Source: Ostreococcus lucimarinus
Lineage: Eukaryota
Direction: 5' to 3' (one strand)
DNA: 64,000 nucleotides
NCBI GenBank assembly: GCA_000092065.1
Contig: CP000589.1
Shown here: positions 56,501 through 64,000 of the stretch, piece by piece
How positions within the stretch are numbered: position 1 is the stretch's first letter
Layout of the letters: every line of letters begins with the position of its first letter
The notes under the pieces: generated by a model
Seen by the model: only the letters and a program-made list of their open reading frames with translations
Told to the model about the DNA's origin: nothing
The model's database searches: none
Made by a program: the position numbers and the translations under genes

Positions 56501-57221
56501 CGTTAACAAGAAAGCGCTCGACCAATACCAGCAGTTTACCGAACAGCGAGAAGAGCTCGAGAAGCGTCGTTCCGAAATTAACAAGGCGTTTGACAGCATC
56601 ACTCAACTCATCGATCATTTAGATCACAAGAAGGATGAAGCGATCGAACGTACTTTCAAACAGGTCAGCATGAATTTCAAGGACGTCTTCCATCGACTCG
56701 TCCCCGGTGGCCGCGGTGAACTCGTCATGCAACGCAAGCGCGCGGCGAACCGGGACCCGGAGGAAGAGGGCGAACCGGCGGCTAATCCGACCACGTTCAG
56801 CGAGAAGTATAGCGGCGTGAAGATCAAGGTGAGCTTCGGACAAGGTGAAACTATGCAGATGAAGCAGTTGTCTGGCGGGCAAAAGACTGTCGTCGCTGTT
56901 GCGCTCATCTTTGCCATTCAACGCTGCGATCCGATGCCGTTTTACCTCTTCGACGAAATCGACGCCGCGCTCGACCCGCAGTACCGCACCGCCGTGGCGC
57001 ACATGGTCAAAGGTCAGGCGAACAATAAGACGCAATTCATCGCCACGACTTTCCGTCCAGAAATCGTGAAAGAAGCGACTTGCATTCAAGGCGTGTCTCA
57101 CTCTCACAAGGTGTCCACAGTTCAAAAGGTCGCCTTGGAGGAAGCTCTCCAATTTGTTGGCGAAGACACCGCGCAAGTGCAACAAGTCGCTCCGACCGAA
57201 CGCGGTCCCCCGACGCCGTAG
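53592..57221 (+). CDS. SMC3: Structural maintenance of chromosomes protein 3 (cohesin SMC3), 1209 aa
   Basis: The track start at 53574 is TTG; ATG is at 53592 (MHIKQVIVEGFKTYREQT). Walker A is GANGSGKSN. The hinge has GVHGPLIELMETDERFHSAIE. The signature motif is LSGGQKTVVAVALIFAIQ and Walker B is FYLFDEIDAALD. Confidence 0.93.
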   Translation: MHIKQVIVEGFKTYREQTVVDFDDGLNCIVGANGSGKSNLFHAIRFVLSDVFGNLRAEERQRLLHEGAGHAVMSAYVEIVFDNADGRLPVEREEVRLRRNIGLKKDEYYLDKKHVTRAEVVNLLESAGFSRTNPYYVVQQGKIMKMATMQDEERLDLLKEIGGTSVFEAKRKESLKGLDETKSKREQVQETVEFIESRLAELDEEKDELQKYTDLDKTRRSLEYTIYEQDLSDARSKLDEIEQQRSATNESSRVDDDKMNTMSENLRTHEKELKDSSRAAAQLKRELTTAEEELRGIVARRTTAELDVKDLRETIQTGEESLAGIAGQKTDVEKATLETQKKLDAVREKYNAEVAVEEAKDREIAEIERRSQSLYQKQGRSERFKTKGERDTWLKSQIKDATATKKQKTKEVETLENDLKEIRATQSSDEKDRASMEAELIVEEEKLADFEAQYKKAMTERNEAQNARKDLQRKDNEVDNSLASCEEEVKKRDKQLEFSMPRDLQRGMAAVQRIVKEHNIEGVHGPLIELMETDERFHSAIEASAGNQLFHIVVDHDEIGSRVIEFLNKEKGGRVTFLPLNRMNPPNVTYPEGSDAFPLLSKLKYDAKFDAAFKQVFARVLICRNIDVAVSKALSSQLNCVTMDGDTVSNKGSMSGGYQDTSRSRIAAMTALRELNVNRDDLKETSAGVKKSLQAAEQKMSAVLGDISRLESQRRHSAQRVDRLKHELRFYGDTGTRASSLLEQTEKSIAVMRADIEQVDTHIADLTSEIGSSLDATLSQAEVQELEKLTSHATTLKQEKVTIAARRLDVYTQLSELQTALETNLNRRAKRIALTSGELDINSLRAELAKLEGQLKTVQNDEAIVRKNYDGIAEKLRTVQANIEAANTEIEKLRAFKESMSSSLGEREKVMETLMSKAATLSQKREALQKKIRELGSLPSDAFDRYRGESLKSLHKLLSKTNNQLSKLGHVNKKALDQYQQFTEQREELEKRRSEINKAFDSITQLIDHLDHKKDEAIERTFKQVSMNFKDVFHRLVPGGRGELVMQRKRAANRDPEEEGEPAANPTTFSEKYSGVKIKVSFGQGETMQMKQLSGGQKTVVAVALIFAIQRCDPMPFYLFDEIDAALDPQYRTAVAHMVKGQANNKTQFIATTFRPEIVKEATCIQGVSHSHKVSTVQKVALEEALQFVGEDTAQVQQVAPTERGPPTP

Positions 57222-57328
57222 ATACGCACGTTAGAGAAACATTGATGCGAATGACTGTATAGATGAACCCATAGTGATACCAGTATAATGAGAAACTAAA
57301 CCATGTTACAAGTGAGCGCTACGTGATG

Positions 57329-58387
57329 CTAGTTGCTAATTTTGCTCGCTTGGAGTCGTTTTTTAATCGTGCAGTTCGCGATGAGCGCATCTAAGTCGTC
57401 CTTCCATCCCAGCATTGAGCACAGCTCGGCGACGCCGTCGTCGCACTGACCCAAGAACAACGCGTCACGATAATTTGTCGCCTCATCAAAGTCAAATCCC
57501 GTGCCCCGACCGAGCCCAGCCATCCGATATAATTTCGTGACGCGCGTGTTCTGCGCCTCGCCGCAACGTTCGAGATTAATCAAGAGCCTCGGTACGTGCT
57601 CCTTCGGCCTTTCGATCAAACCGGCGAACGGATGGACGACTAAACTCGTTCCGATGACGATGAGCAAGTCGCACACCTCGAAGTCTTTTTGCGCGCACTC
57701 GAAGAATCGACGCGGAAGATTTTCGCCAAAAAACACGATATCCGGCTTGACAAACTCGCCACATTTGGCGCACGTCATCGGCGTTCCCGCACGACACGCT
57801 CTCTCCACTTCGTAGATGTTGGCGTCGTGTCCATTCAAACACTTCGCGCTGTCGAAATTACCGTGTGCGGCGACGACTTTATCCTTCGGCAGCCCCGTGG
57901 CGCACTCCAACGAATCGATGTTTTGCGTAAAGCATCGCCGCAACAGCCCGCGGTCGTGCAACAGCTTAATGAAATAATGCGTCGGCGTCGGGGCGTAGAG
58001 CCCCGGATACAGATCCTTCGCGAGCTTATAAAACGCCTCGGGCTTCTCCCTAAAGTACCCAAGCTCGAAAATCGCCTGCGGATACGGCAAATCGTACTCG
58101 CCCAATCGCGCGTACAACCCGCGCTCGCTTCGAAAATCCGGTATCCCCGCGCTCACCGATATCCCCGCTCCCGTCATCACCACCACGTTTTTCACCCCGC
58201 CGCGCTCGATGTGCTTCGCGATCCCGCGAAGATCGAACGTTTCGAGCGCCGTCGCCGCCGCCGCCGCGCTCGACTCGCCGAGTCGCTCCGCCGCCAGGCG
58301 TTCCATGAGCTCCAGCATCTCCGTCGACTCCCGACCGAACCCGTACCCCGACGACGACGACGACGACCCGCTCGACGATGTTTCCGA

Positions 58388-58428
<41 letters not shown>

Positions 58429-58561
58429 GCGCGCCGCCGTCGGCCCCGCGCGAGGCATCGACACCGTCGCGCGCCGCGCTCGCGTCGTCCGCGCCCGCGT
58501 CCGCGCGCCGCGCGCGCGCGCGCGCCTCGTCGTCGTCGCGCGCCTCGTCGTCGTCGCCCAT
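57329..58561 (-). CDS. NAD-dependent protein deacetylase, sirtuin (SIRT2/Hst2-type) with acidic poly-Asp N-terminus, 410 aa
   Basis: ATG at 58561 (MGDDDEARDDD). Motifs: GAGISVSAGIPDFRS, TQNIDSLE, HGNF (catalytic His), zinc ribbon C..C...CAKCG, VIGTSLVV. Confidence 0.9.
58394..58426 (-). repeat. (GAC)11 coding microsatellite (poly-Asp tract in the sirtuin N-terminus)
   Basis: There are 11 consecutive GTC triplets on the + strand, giving D x11 in the minus-strand protein (ARDDDDDDDDDDDARSE). Confidence 0.9.
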
Positions 58562-58655
58562 CGCGCCGCGCGTCGTCGCGTCCTCGCCGGTCAATGCCGT
58601 CGCGCCGGCCGCGCCGCGCCACATCGACGCGCGCGCCGACCGCGCCGCCGACGCC

Positions 58656-59879
58656 ATGGGCGCGGACGTCGAGATGCGCGACGACGCGGACGCGACGACG
58701 GCGATCGCCGACGCGGACGCGGACGAGACGGCGCTCGACACGTCGCGCGACGACGACGTCGACCTCGCGCAGAAGATTTTCGATCTCGAGCTCGCCGAGG
58801 GCGCGCGCGACGAGACGGCGGCGGTGATGGCGATCGTCGAGCGACGGAACATGGCGGCGACGTACGCGACGCTGTGCGAGCGGTTCGCGTGGCGCGCGGA
58901 CGCGGCGCTGACGGCGAAGATGGCGGACGCGAACGCGAAGCGGTTGGGAGAGATCGAAGCGAAGATCGAAGACGCGAAGGAAAATCTCGGGGACGTGGAG
59001 ATACGGGACGCGATGTGCGAGCGGGCGGAGTTTTACGCGAGCGTGGGGGAGATGGAGAAGAGCGAACGGGCGTACGAGGAGACGGAGGCGAAGACGGCGT
59101 CGATCGGGCAAAAGATGGACTGCGCGTTCGCGCTGATGCGCGCGCGGTTTTCGAGGTTGGAGCTGCACGAGGTGAAGAAATTGATCGAAAAGATTAAGGA
59201 TATGCTGGATCAACCGGGCGGGGGGGATTGGGAACGAAAGAACCGGTTGAAGGTGTACGAAGGGTTGCACGCGGTGGCGACGAGGAATTTTGAAACGGCG
59301 ACAAAGCTGTTTTTGGACTCGTTGAGCACGTTCACGTCGTACGAGCTGTTGTCGTACGATGATTTCGTGTTCTACACCGTCGTCTGCGCCGTGGTTTCGC
59401 TGCCGCGCACCGAACTCAAGGCGAAGGTGATCGATTCGCCCGAGGTGTTGAGCGTGCTCAACCGATTGCCCGGTCTCGGCGACTTTTTAAACGCCCTGCA
59501 CAAGTGTGATTATCGCACCTTCATGTCGGCGTTCCCCGTCGTCGCCGCGCAAGTGGAAAAGTCGGTGTGGATGAATCCCCATTTCAGGTACTTTTTGCGC
59601 GAGGTGCGCGTCGTGGCGTACGCGCAATATTTGCAAAGCTACAAGAGCGTGACGGTGAAGAGCATGGCGGATAGTTTCAACGTGAGCGAAGACTTTATCG
59701 ATCGCGAGCTCTCGCACTTCATCGTTTCTGGTAGATTGAACTGCAAGATTGACAAGGTTTCGGGGGTGTTACAAACCAACCGACCGGACTTGAAGAACTC
59801 GCTGTACCAAACTTTGATCAAGGACGGCGACGCACTGTTGAACAACGTATCCAAACTCTCTCGAGTGATAGATCTTTAG
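58656..59879 (+). CDS. RPN7: 26S proteasome lid subunit RPN7 (PSMD6), PCI domain, 407 aa
   Basis: ATG at 58656. RPN7 blocks: LGDVEIRDAMCERAEFYASVGEMEKSERAYEE, DWERKNRLKVYEGLHAVATRNFETATKLFLDSLSTFTSYEL, YRTFMSAF. The PCI region is YKSVTVKSMADSFNVSEDFIDRELSHFIVSGRLNCKIDKV. Confidence 0.92.
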   Translation: MGADVEMRDDADATTAIADADADETALDTSRDDDVDLAQKIFDLELAEGARDETAAVMAIVERRNMAATYATLCERFAWRADAALTAKMADANAKRLGEIEAKIEDAKENLGDVEIRDAMCERAEFYASVGEMEKSERAYEETEAKTASIGQKMDCAFALMRARFSRLELHEVKKLIEKIKDMLDQPGGGDWERKNRLKVYEGLHAVATRNFETATKLFLDSLSTFTSYELLSYDDFVFYTVVCAVVSLPRTELKAKVIDSPEVLSVLNRLPGLGDFLNALHKCDYRTFMSAFPVVAAQVEKSVWMNPHFRYFLREVRVVAYAQYLQSYKSVTVKSMADSFNVSEDFIDRELSHFIVSGRLNCKIDKVSGVLQTNRPDLKNSLYQTLIKDGDALLNNVSKLSRVIDL

Positions 59880-60095
59880 ACGCGCGCCGGTGACGATTTG
59901 ACCACCTTGGCGATTTTAAATCAACCGTTTTCAAGCCATCAGACGAATTCTCCGCGCGCCGAAATCGGGCGTCTCTCAAACCAAGTCGCTTTTCGCGCGA
60001 ACGACGCGCGGGCGACGCTTTTTGTCACCGAAATTCAGCCTAAACCACCGCCCGCCTTCACTCCGCCGCGCAGCGCGCGTCGCGACTCGATCGCG

Positions 60096-61031
60096 ATGTA
60101 CGATGACAGCGACAGCGACAGCGACATCGCCTACGTCAGGCACGTCTTGCGGTACATGTACCCAGGATCGACGCCGAAAAACGGCCGAGTCATCGTGTTG
60201 CCGGCTGGGACGCTCGGCGACGGGAAGTACGGCGACGAGGAAATCGACGGCGAGTTCTGCGTCGCGCTCCTGATGGACGACGGCGTGAACGTCGATCGAT
60301 GGAGGGTGCGCGTGTACGATAACTCGTTCGACGGTTGGCGTTTACTCGGCGTTGGGATCACGAGCTTGTGTTGGAACCACGTCGGACCGTCGCTGCGCAG
60401 GTGCGAGCTACAGCTCGAGGAAAAGCCGCAGCCGGCGTCGACGTCGGCGATGGATGCGTTGGACTTGAACACGTGCCGAGCGCCGGCGGTGGGAGAGCAG
60501 AACGGTTATTTTGGCATAGGCATCTACAACGGAAAGAATACGCAGAATCTGGGCACGCTGTGGAGAAGCGCGTATCAACTGGGCGCGGCGTTCGCCTTCG
60601 TCATCGGGCGTCGATTCAAAAAAGAAGCGAGCGACACGCCAAAGTCATGGACACAGATTCCAACGTTTGAATACAGCGATTGGGATGATTTCGTGCGTAA
60701 ATCGCCCGTCAGTGCGGTGTGGGTCGGCGTTGAGATGGGCGGTACCCCGCTCGAAAATTTTGAGCACCCGCGAAACGCCGTGTACATACTCGGCAGCGAA
60801 GACACTGGGTTGAACACGACGATGCTTCGAGCATGTCAGCACCACATCGCATTACCAACCACTGGTACGCGGAGTCCGAGTTTCAACGTCGCCGTCACGG
60901 GCGCAATCATAATGTACGACCGCGAGCTCAAAAGGCGAGCCGCCGCGGCGAAGCTCGCCGCGCTCCCGACGCAAAATCGTCGAGACGGCATAGACAGCGT
61001 GAAACCACTCAAGTCGAGCGCCTCGCATTAG
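60096..61031 (+). CDS. SpoU/TrmH-type RNA 2'-O-methyltransferase domain protein, 311 aa
   Basis: The track start at 59898 is TTG; the first ATG is 60096. SPOUT motifs: GIGIYNGKNTQNLGTLWRSAYQLGAAFAFVIG, AVYILGSEDTGL, IALP...SFNVAVTGAIIMYD. Confidence 0.75.
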   Translation: MYDDSDSDSDIAYVRHVLRYMYPGSTPKNGRVIVLPAGTLGDGKYGDEEIDGEFCVALLMDDGVNVDRWRVRVYDNSFDGWRLLGVGITSLCWNHVGPSLRRCELQLEEKPQPASTSAMDALDLNTCRAPAVGEQNGYFGIGIYNGKNTQNLGTLWRSAYQLGAAFAFVIGRRFKKEASDTPKSWTQIPTFEYSDWDDFVRKSPVSAVWVGVEMGGTPLENFEHPRNAVYILGSEDTGLNTTMLRACQHHIALPTTGTRSPSFNVAVTGAIIMYDRELKRRAAAAKLAALPTQNRRDGIDSVKPLKSSASH

Positions 61032-61129
61032 TCTTTTTTAGCCTGTTTATAGTCTGTCATTCACGCTTCGTTCGCCCTCGCGTCGCGCCCTCGCGCCGCG
61101 CCGCGCCGCGCCCGGCGCGCCGGCGAGTT

Positions 61130-61157
61130 GGATAAGTGCGCGCCGAGAGCCTTATCC
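61130..61157. promoter_or_regulatory. Inverted pair of GGATAAG (I-box / GATA-type) motifs upstream of LOV-HK
   Basis: GGATAAG (61130-61136) and CTTATCC (61151-61157) are separated by a 14-nt spacer. The pair lies about 180-200 nt upstream of the LOV-HK ATG within CG-rich sequence. Confidence 0.3.
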
Positions 61158-61336
61158 GTACTTCGCGACGTCCGACGCCGCCCCGAAGGACTTCTGCGCG
61201 CCCGACGCGACGCGCGGGCGTCCAAGACGTGCGTTAGGGGCGTCTGGCGCGCCGCCGATCGCGCGCGCGTCGCGCGTCGCGCGCGAAGGCGTCGTAAAGC
61301 CGCGTGCGCGCGGCCGCCGCGACGTCGACGCGCGCG

Positions 61337-64000
61337 ATGTCGTGCCCGTTCGGCCACGATCGAGCGCCCGCGGCCGTCGCGACGGTGGACGACGATGACA
61401 TCACGAAAGTAATCGTCACCGACGGCGAGCGAGGGACGAAGCGACGGGCGGTGGAGGAGGCGACGAGGGAGGAAGACAAACCAGAGACGCCGAGGGCTGA
61501 CCCCGCGGCGCTCGAGGCGGCGCTCGAGGAGGAACGAGCGCGCAGAAAGCGCGCGGAGAACGAGTTGATGAGCTTGAAGGCGATGTATAGACAGTGCAAG
61601 GCGATGTCGACGGTGCAGAAGGATATCGCGGTGAAGGAATTAGCGATGGACTCGTGCGCGGAGGGTATCACCATCGCGGACTTTACGCAGCCGGACCAGC
61701 CGTTGATTTACGCAAACGTGGGATTCGAGGTAATGACGGGATACAGCGTGCAGGAGACCGTAGGGCACAATTGTCGATTCTTACAAGGGCCGGGGACGGA
61801 TCAAAACGAACTCAACAAGCTTCGGAATGCGATTAAGAAGGGCGAGGCGGTGACGGTGGTGTTGAAGAACTACAAAAAGTCTGGCGAAGAGTTTATGAAT
61901 CAGTTGTCGCTCACGCCAATTCGTGACGCAGACGGACAAGTGATGTACTACGTGGGAATCCAATCCGATGTCACCGAGCTGTTTAAGCGACGCGATGACG
62001 AGCTGAACGCGCTAAAAATGATGGCACGCGCCGAGGCGGCGACAGAAGCCAAGTCGAGATTTTTAGCGCACATGTCGCACGAGATTCGCACGCCTTTGAA
62101 TGGGCTCATCGCCGTGGGGCAATTATTAGAAGACACAAATTTGGATCGGTTGCAAAGGGAGTACGTATCTACGGTACGTACGAGTGGGGAAACGTTGCAA
62201 GCGCTCATCAGCGATATTCTTGACTTCAGCCGGGTCGAGGCAGATAAGCTCGTGCTCCAGTGCGAACCGTTCCACCCAGAGGTAGTCATCGGCAACGTTA
62301 TGGAGATAACAGCCATGCAGTCAGCGAAGAAGAAGATAAACATCGGTTACCACGTGGATATCGGGGTGCCCAAAATCGTCATGGGTGACGCGATGCGCTT
62401 GCAACAAGTGTTGCTGAATTCCATCAGTAACGCCATCAAGTTCACCGACGCAGGCAACATCATGATTCGACTTTACCTCGGCAGAGAGGACACGACGGAA
62501 GTCGCGAGGCAAGCGTTCTTGGAAGATGGCGAAGAAACGCACCACGCCAAGATGGTTCGCTCCTATTCCGCCGGTTCGCTCGCGTCGACACAAAAGGACT
62601 GGCTCGCGCCTCTCAAGTGCTTCCTGCACATGTGCCCGCATTTCTCGGGCAAGTTGAGCGAAGGTGGGAACAAGCCGACGGATGATATGACATCGGATAA
62701 TGAATCCTGGTTTTTGCACTTTTACGTCAAGGACACGGGCATGGGGTTAGATCAAAGCACAATTCATAAGATCTTTCAATCGTTTCAGCAGGTTGAAACG
62801 GGGGCGACGCGCAAATACGACGGCACTGGTCTCGGCTTGGCGATTTCGCGCAAATTGTGTGAAGCGATGGGCGGAACGATGTGGGCCGAAAGTCAAGGGC
62901 TCGGCAAGGGGTCGACTTTCCATTTTTGTATTAAGTGTAAGGCGGTTTCGGAGGATTGGATGAAAGAGAACCAAAAATCGCGCAAGCAACTCGCGAGCGG
63001 GGCGGAGTCGCTCCGGCAGCTCGAGCGCGATTTGAGCGTAGATTATGCGGCGCATTTCAAAAGACCAGGCGAAAAGCTGAGCGTGGTTCTTTACGACGAA
63101 TCTGACATGCTGCGGAGCACGTTGTCCGTGGTGTTGAAGCGATGGGGATTTGCCGTGACGGTTTACGGCAACGCGAAAGATCTCGTCGGTTACATGAGCA
63201 AAGCGATGGATGGTGAAGTTACCGATGTCGCCATTATCGCTGAGTTGAGCAACAACGCCGTAGATTTCATTTATGACTGGGCAAAAGGCAGAGGTTTGCT
63301 GAACGGAGTGAGCGCGGGGCAAGGAAACACGTTCAGTATCCAGTCAAGTGGAGATGACAAACGCCGTTCCAGCGACACGAGCAAGCTTCCACCTTTTGTC
63401 CTTTCGACTTGGCCAGTGGTGCAATCAACCGGCTTTGACACGTCGGACCCTCGGTGTGCGTGGGCAAAGGATAGCGTAGAGGGAACGGAGTCGAGCATTG
63501 ATTCCGTCAAGGGAACCGCCGTTCGAGATTTCTTCTCCTCCATACGATCGCATCTAATTTCGAGACCGGTGCGACACAACAGACTTCGTCGTACTCTCGA
63601 GACGGTTCTTGACGAAAAGGCTCATCACGCCGACGCCGCGGACACTGCGCGTACGGATAGTCCGACGCGAGCGTCTGGGTGCACTCGACGGAAGGTCGAT
63701 TTCGAAGATGGTGTCTCTGGCCAACATGTCTCTGGCCAACATTTGCGAATCTTACTTGCAGAGGATCATCCCGTGAACATGAAGGTCGCAAAAGCTGTGT
63801 TGAGCCGCCTCGGGCACTCCGACGTCACTGGGGCGAAGGATGGGGCGGACGCGTTGGCCAAGGTGCAGGCTGACCCCGCGGGACTCGACGCGTTCGACAT
63901 CGTTCTCATGGACTTACACATGCCAATCATGGGCGGTATCGAGTGTACGCAGCAGTTGCGAAAGCTTTACCCAGACTGCAAGGTGCCAATCATCGCCGTC
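61337..64000 (+). CDS. LOV-HK: LOV-domain hybrid histidine kinase (LOV-HK: LOV + HisKA + HATPase_c + receiver), 3' end beyond the window (at least 888 codons)
   Basis: This ORF is not in the track because it runs off the window. I translated it by hand: ATG 61337, with an in-frame TAA at 61295 upstream and no stop through 64000. The LOV core is GITIADFTQPDQPLIYANVGFEVMTGYSVQETVGHNCRFLQG (photoactive Cys TGT 61772-61774) ...KNYKKSGEEFMNQLSLTPI..YYVGIQSDVT. The H-box is FLAHMSHEIRTPLNG (His 62078-62080). The N-box is LLNSISNAIKFT and the G-boxes are KDTGMGL and GTGLGLAISRKL. The receiver is ILLAEDHPVNMKVA...DIVLMDLHMPIMGG (Asp 63911-63913). Confidence 0.92.
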   Translation, partial: MSCPFGHDRAPAAVATVDDDDITKVIVTDGERGTKRRAVEEATREEDKPETPRADPAALEAALEEERARRKRAENELMSLKAMYRQCKAMSTVQKDIAVKELAMDSCAEGITIADFTQPDQPLIYANVGFEVMTGYSVQETVGHNCRFLQGPGTDQNELNKLRNAIKKGEAVTVVLKNYKKSGEEFMNQLSLTPIRDADGQVMYYVGIQSDVTELFKRRDDELNALKMMARAEAATEAKSRFLAHMSHEIRTPLNGLIAVGQLLEDTNLDRLQREYVSTVRTSGETLQALISDILDFSRVEADKLVLQCEPFHPEVVIGNVMEITAMQSAKKKINIGYHVDIGVPKIVMGDAMRLQQVLLNSISNAIKFTDAGNIMIRLYLGREDTTEVARQAFLEDGEETHHAKMVRSYSAGSLASTQKDWLAPLKCFLHMCPHFSGKLSEGGNKPTDDMTSDNESWFLHFYVKDTGMGLDQSTIHKIFQSFQQVETGATRKYDGTGLGLAISRKLCEAMGGTMWAESQGLGKGSTFHFCIKCKAVSEDWMKENQKSRKQLASGAESLRQLERDLSVDYAAHFKRPGEKLSVVLYDESDMLRSTLSVVLKRWGFAVTVYGNAKDLVGYMSKAMDGEVTDVAIIAELSNNAVDFIYDWAKGRGLLNGVSAGQGNTFSIQSSGDDKRRSSDTSKLPPFVLSTWPVVQSTGFDTSDPRCAWAKDSVEGTESSIDSVKGTAVRDFFSSIRSHLISRPVRHNRLRRTLETVLDEKAHHADAADTARTDSPTRASGCTRRKVDFEDGVSGQHVSGQHLRILLAEDHPVNMKVAKAVLSRLGHSDVTGAKDGADALAKVQADPAGLDAFDIVLMDLHMPIMGGIECTQQLRKLYPDCKVPIIAV
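63713..63742 (+). repeat. Perfect 15-bp in-frame tandem duplication inside LOV-HK (VSGQH x2)
   Basis: gtctctggccaacat occurs twice back to back, in the linker just before the receiver domain. Confidence 0.9.

Noticed and set aside
57689-59270. A 502-aa plus-strand ORF and a 406-aa minus-strand ORF spanning the sirtuin/RPN7 boundary.
   Set aside because: They are antisense to the sirtuin and RPN7 genes respectively and are Arg-rich. The sirtuin and RPN7 frames carry complete family motifs.
1-64000. A prokaryotic reading of the window (operons, RBS, Rho-independent terminators, CRISPR arrays, defence islands, mobile elements).
   Set aside because: The gene content is unmistakably eukaryotic: DET1, the cohesin subunit SMC3, the proteasome subunit RPN7, CLPTM1, OTU1/YOD1, a PMCA-type pump, a eukaryote-type SECIS and a GT-AG intron. 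The CG repeats have no spacer-repeat periodicity. No transposase, integrase or terminal inverted repeats were seen.

Overview
This is eukaryotic nuclear DNA, not a prokaryotic locus. It is a GC-rich, CpG-saturated, extremely gene-dense segment of the kind seen in Mamiellophyceae picoalgae (Ostreococcus-like; the species cannot be asserted from sequence alone). I resolve 39 protein-coding genes in 64 kb, about one per 1.6 kb, and all but one look single-exon. Genes are packed as head-to-head pairs whose ATGs are 21-512 bp apart, the longer spacers being mostly CGCG-type sequence, and as tail-to-tail pairs separated by 37-118 bp AT-richer spacers. I recognised no rRNA, tRNA, CRISPR array or transposon. 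The supplied ORF track has four blind spots. It accepts GTG/TTG starts, so I re-anchored each gene on its first plausible ATG. It breaks at TGA, which hides a selenoprotein. It omits ORFs that run off the window edge, which hides a LOV-histidine kinase at 61337-64000. Because of the GC content it also lists dozens of long Arg/Ala/Ser-rich phantom ORFs antisense to or upstream of real genes. The most interesting observations are these. (1) A 944-aa fusion (28986-31820) joins an EgtB/OvoA/SenA-type iron sulfoxide/selenoxide synthase to a GT-B glycosyltransferase, putting the two dedicated activities of the bacterial selenoneine (sen) pathway in one polypeptide. (2) An unannotated 89-aa selenoprotein W gene (23712-23981, minus strand) has two in-frame TGA codons giving a U-G-G-U redox motif, followed by a well-formed form-2 SECIS. 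(3) A PSTK (Sec-tRNA kinase) gene lies 12 kb away, so three selenium-related loci sit within 21 kb. (4) The light-signalling genes DET1 and LOV-HK lie near either end of the window. All family assignments come from motif recognition by eye; no database search or folding program was available.
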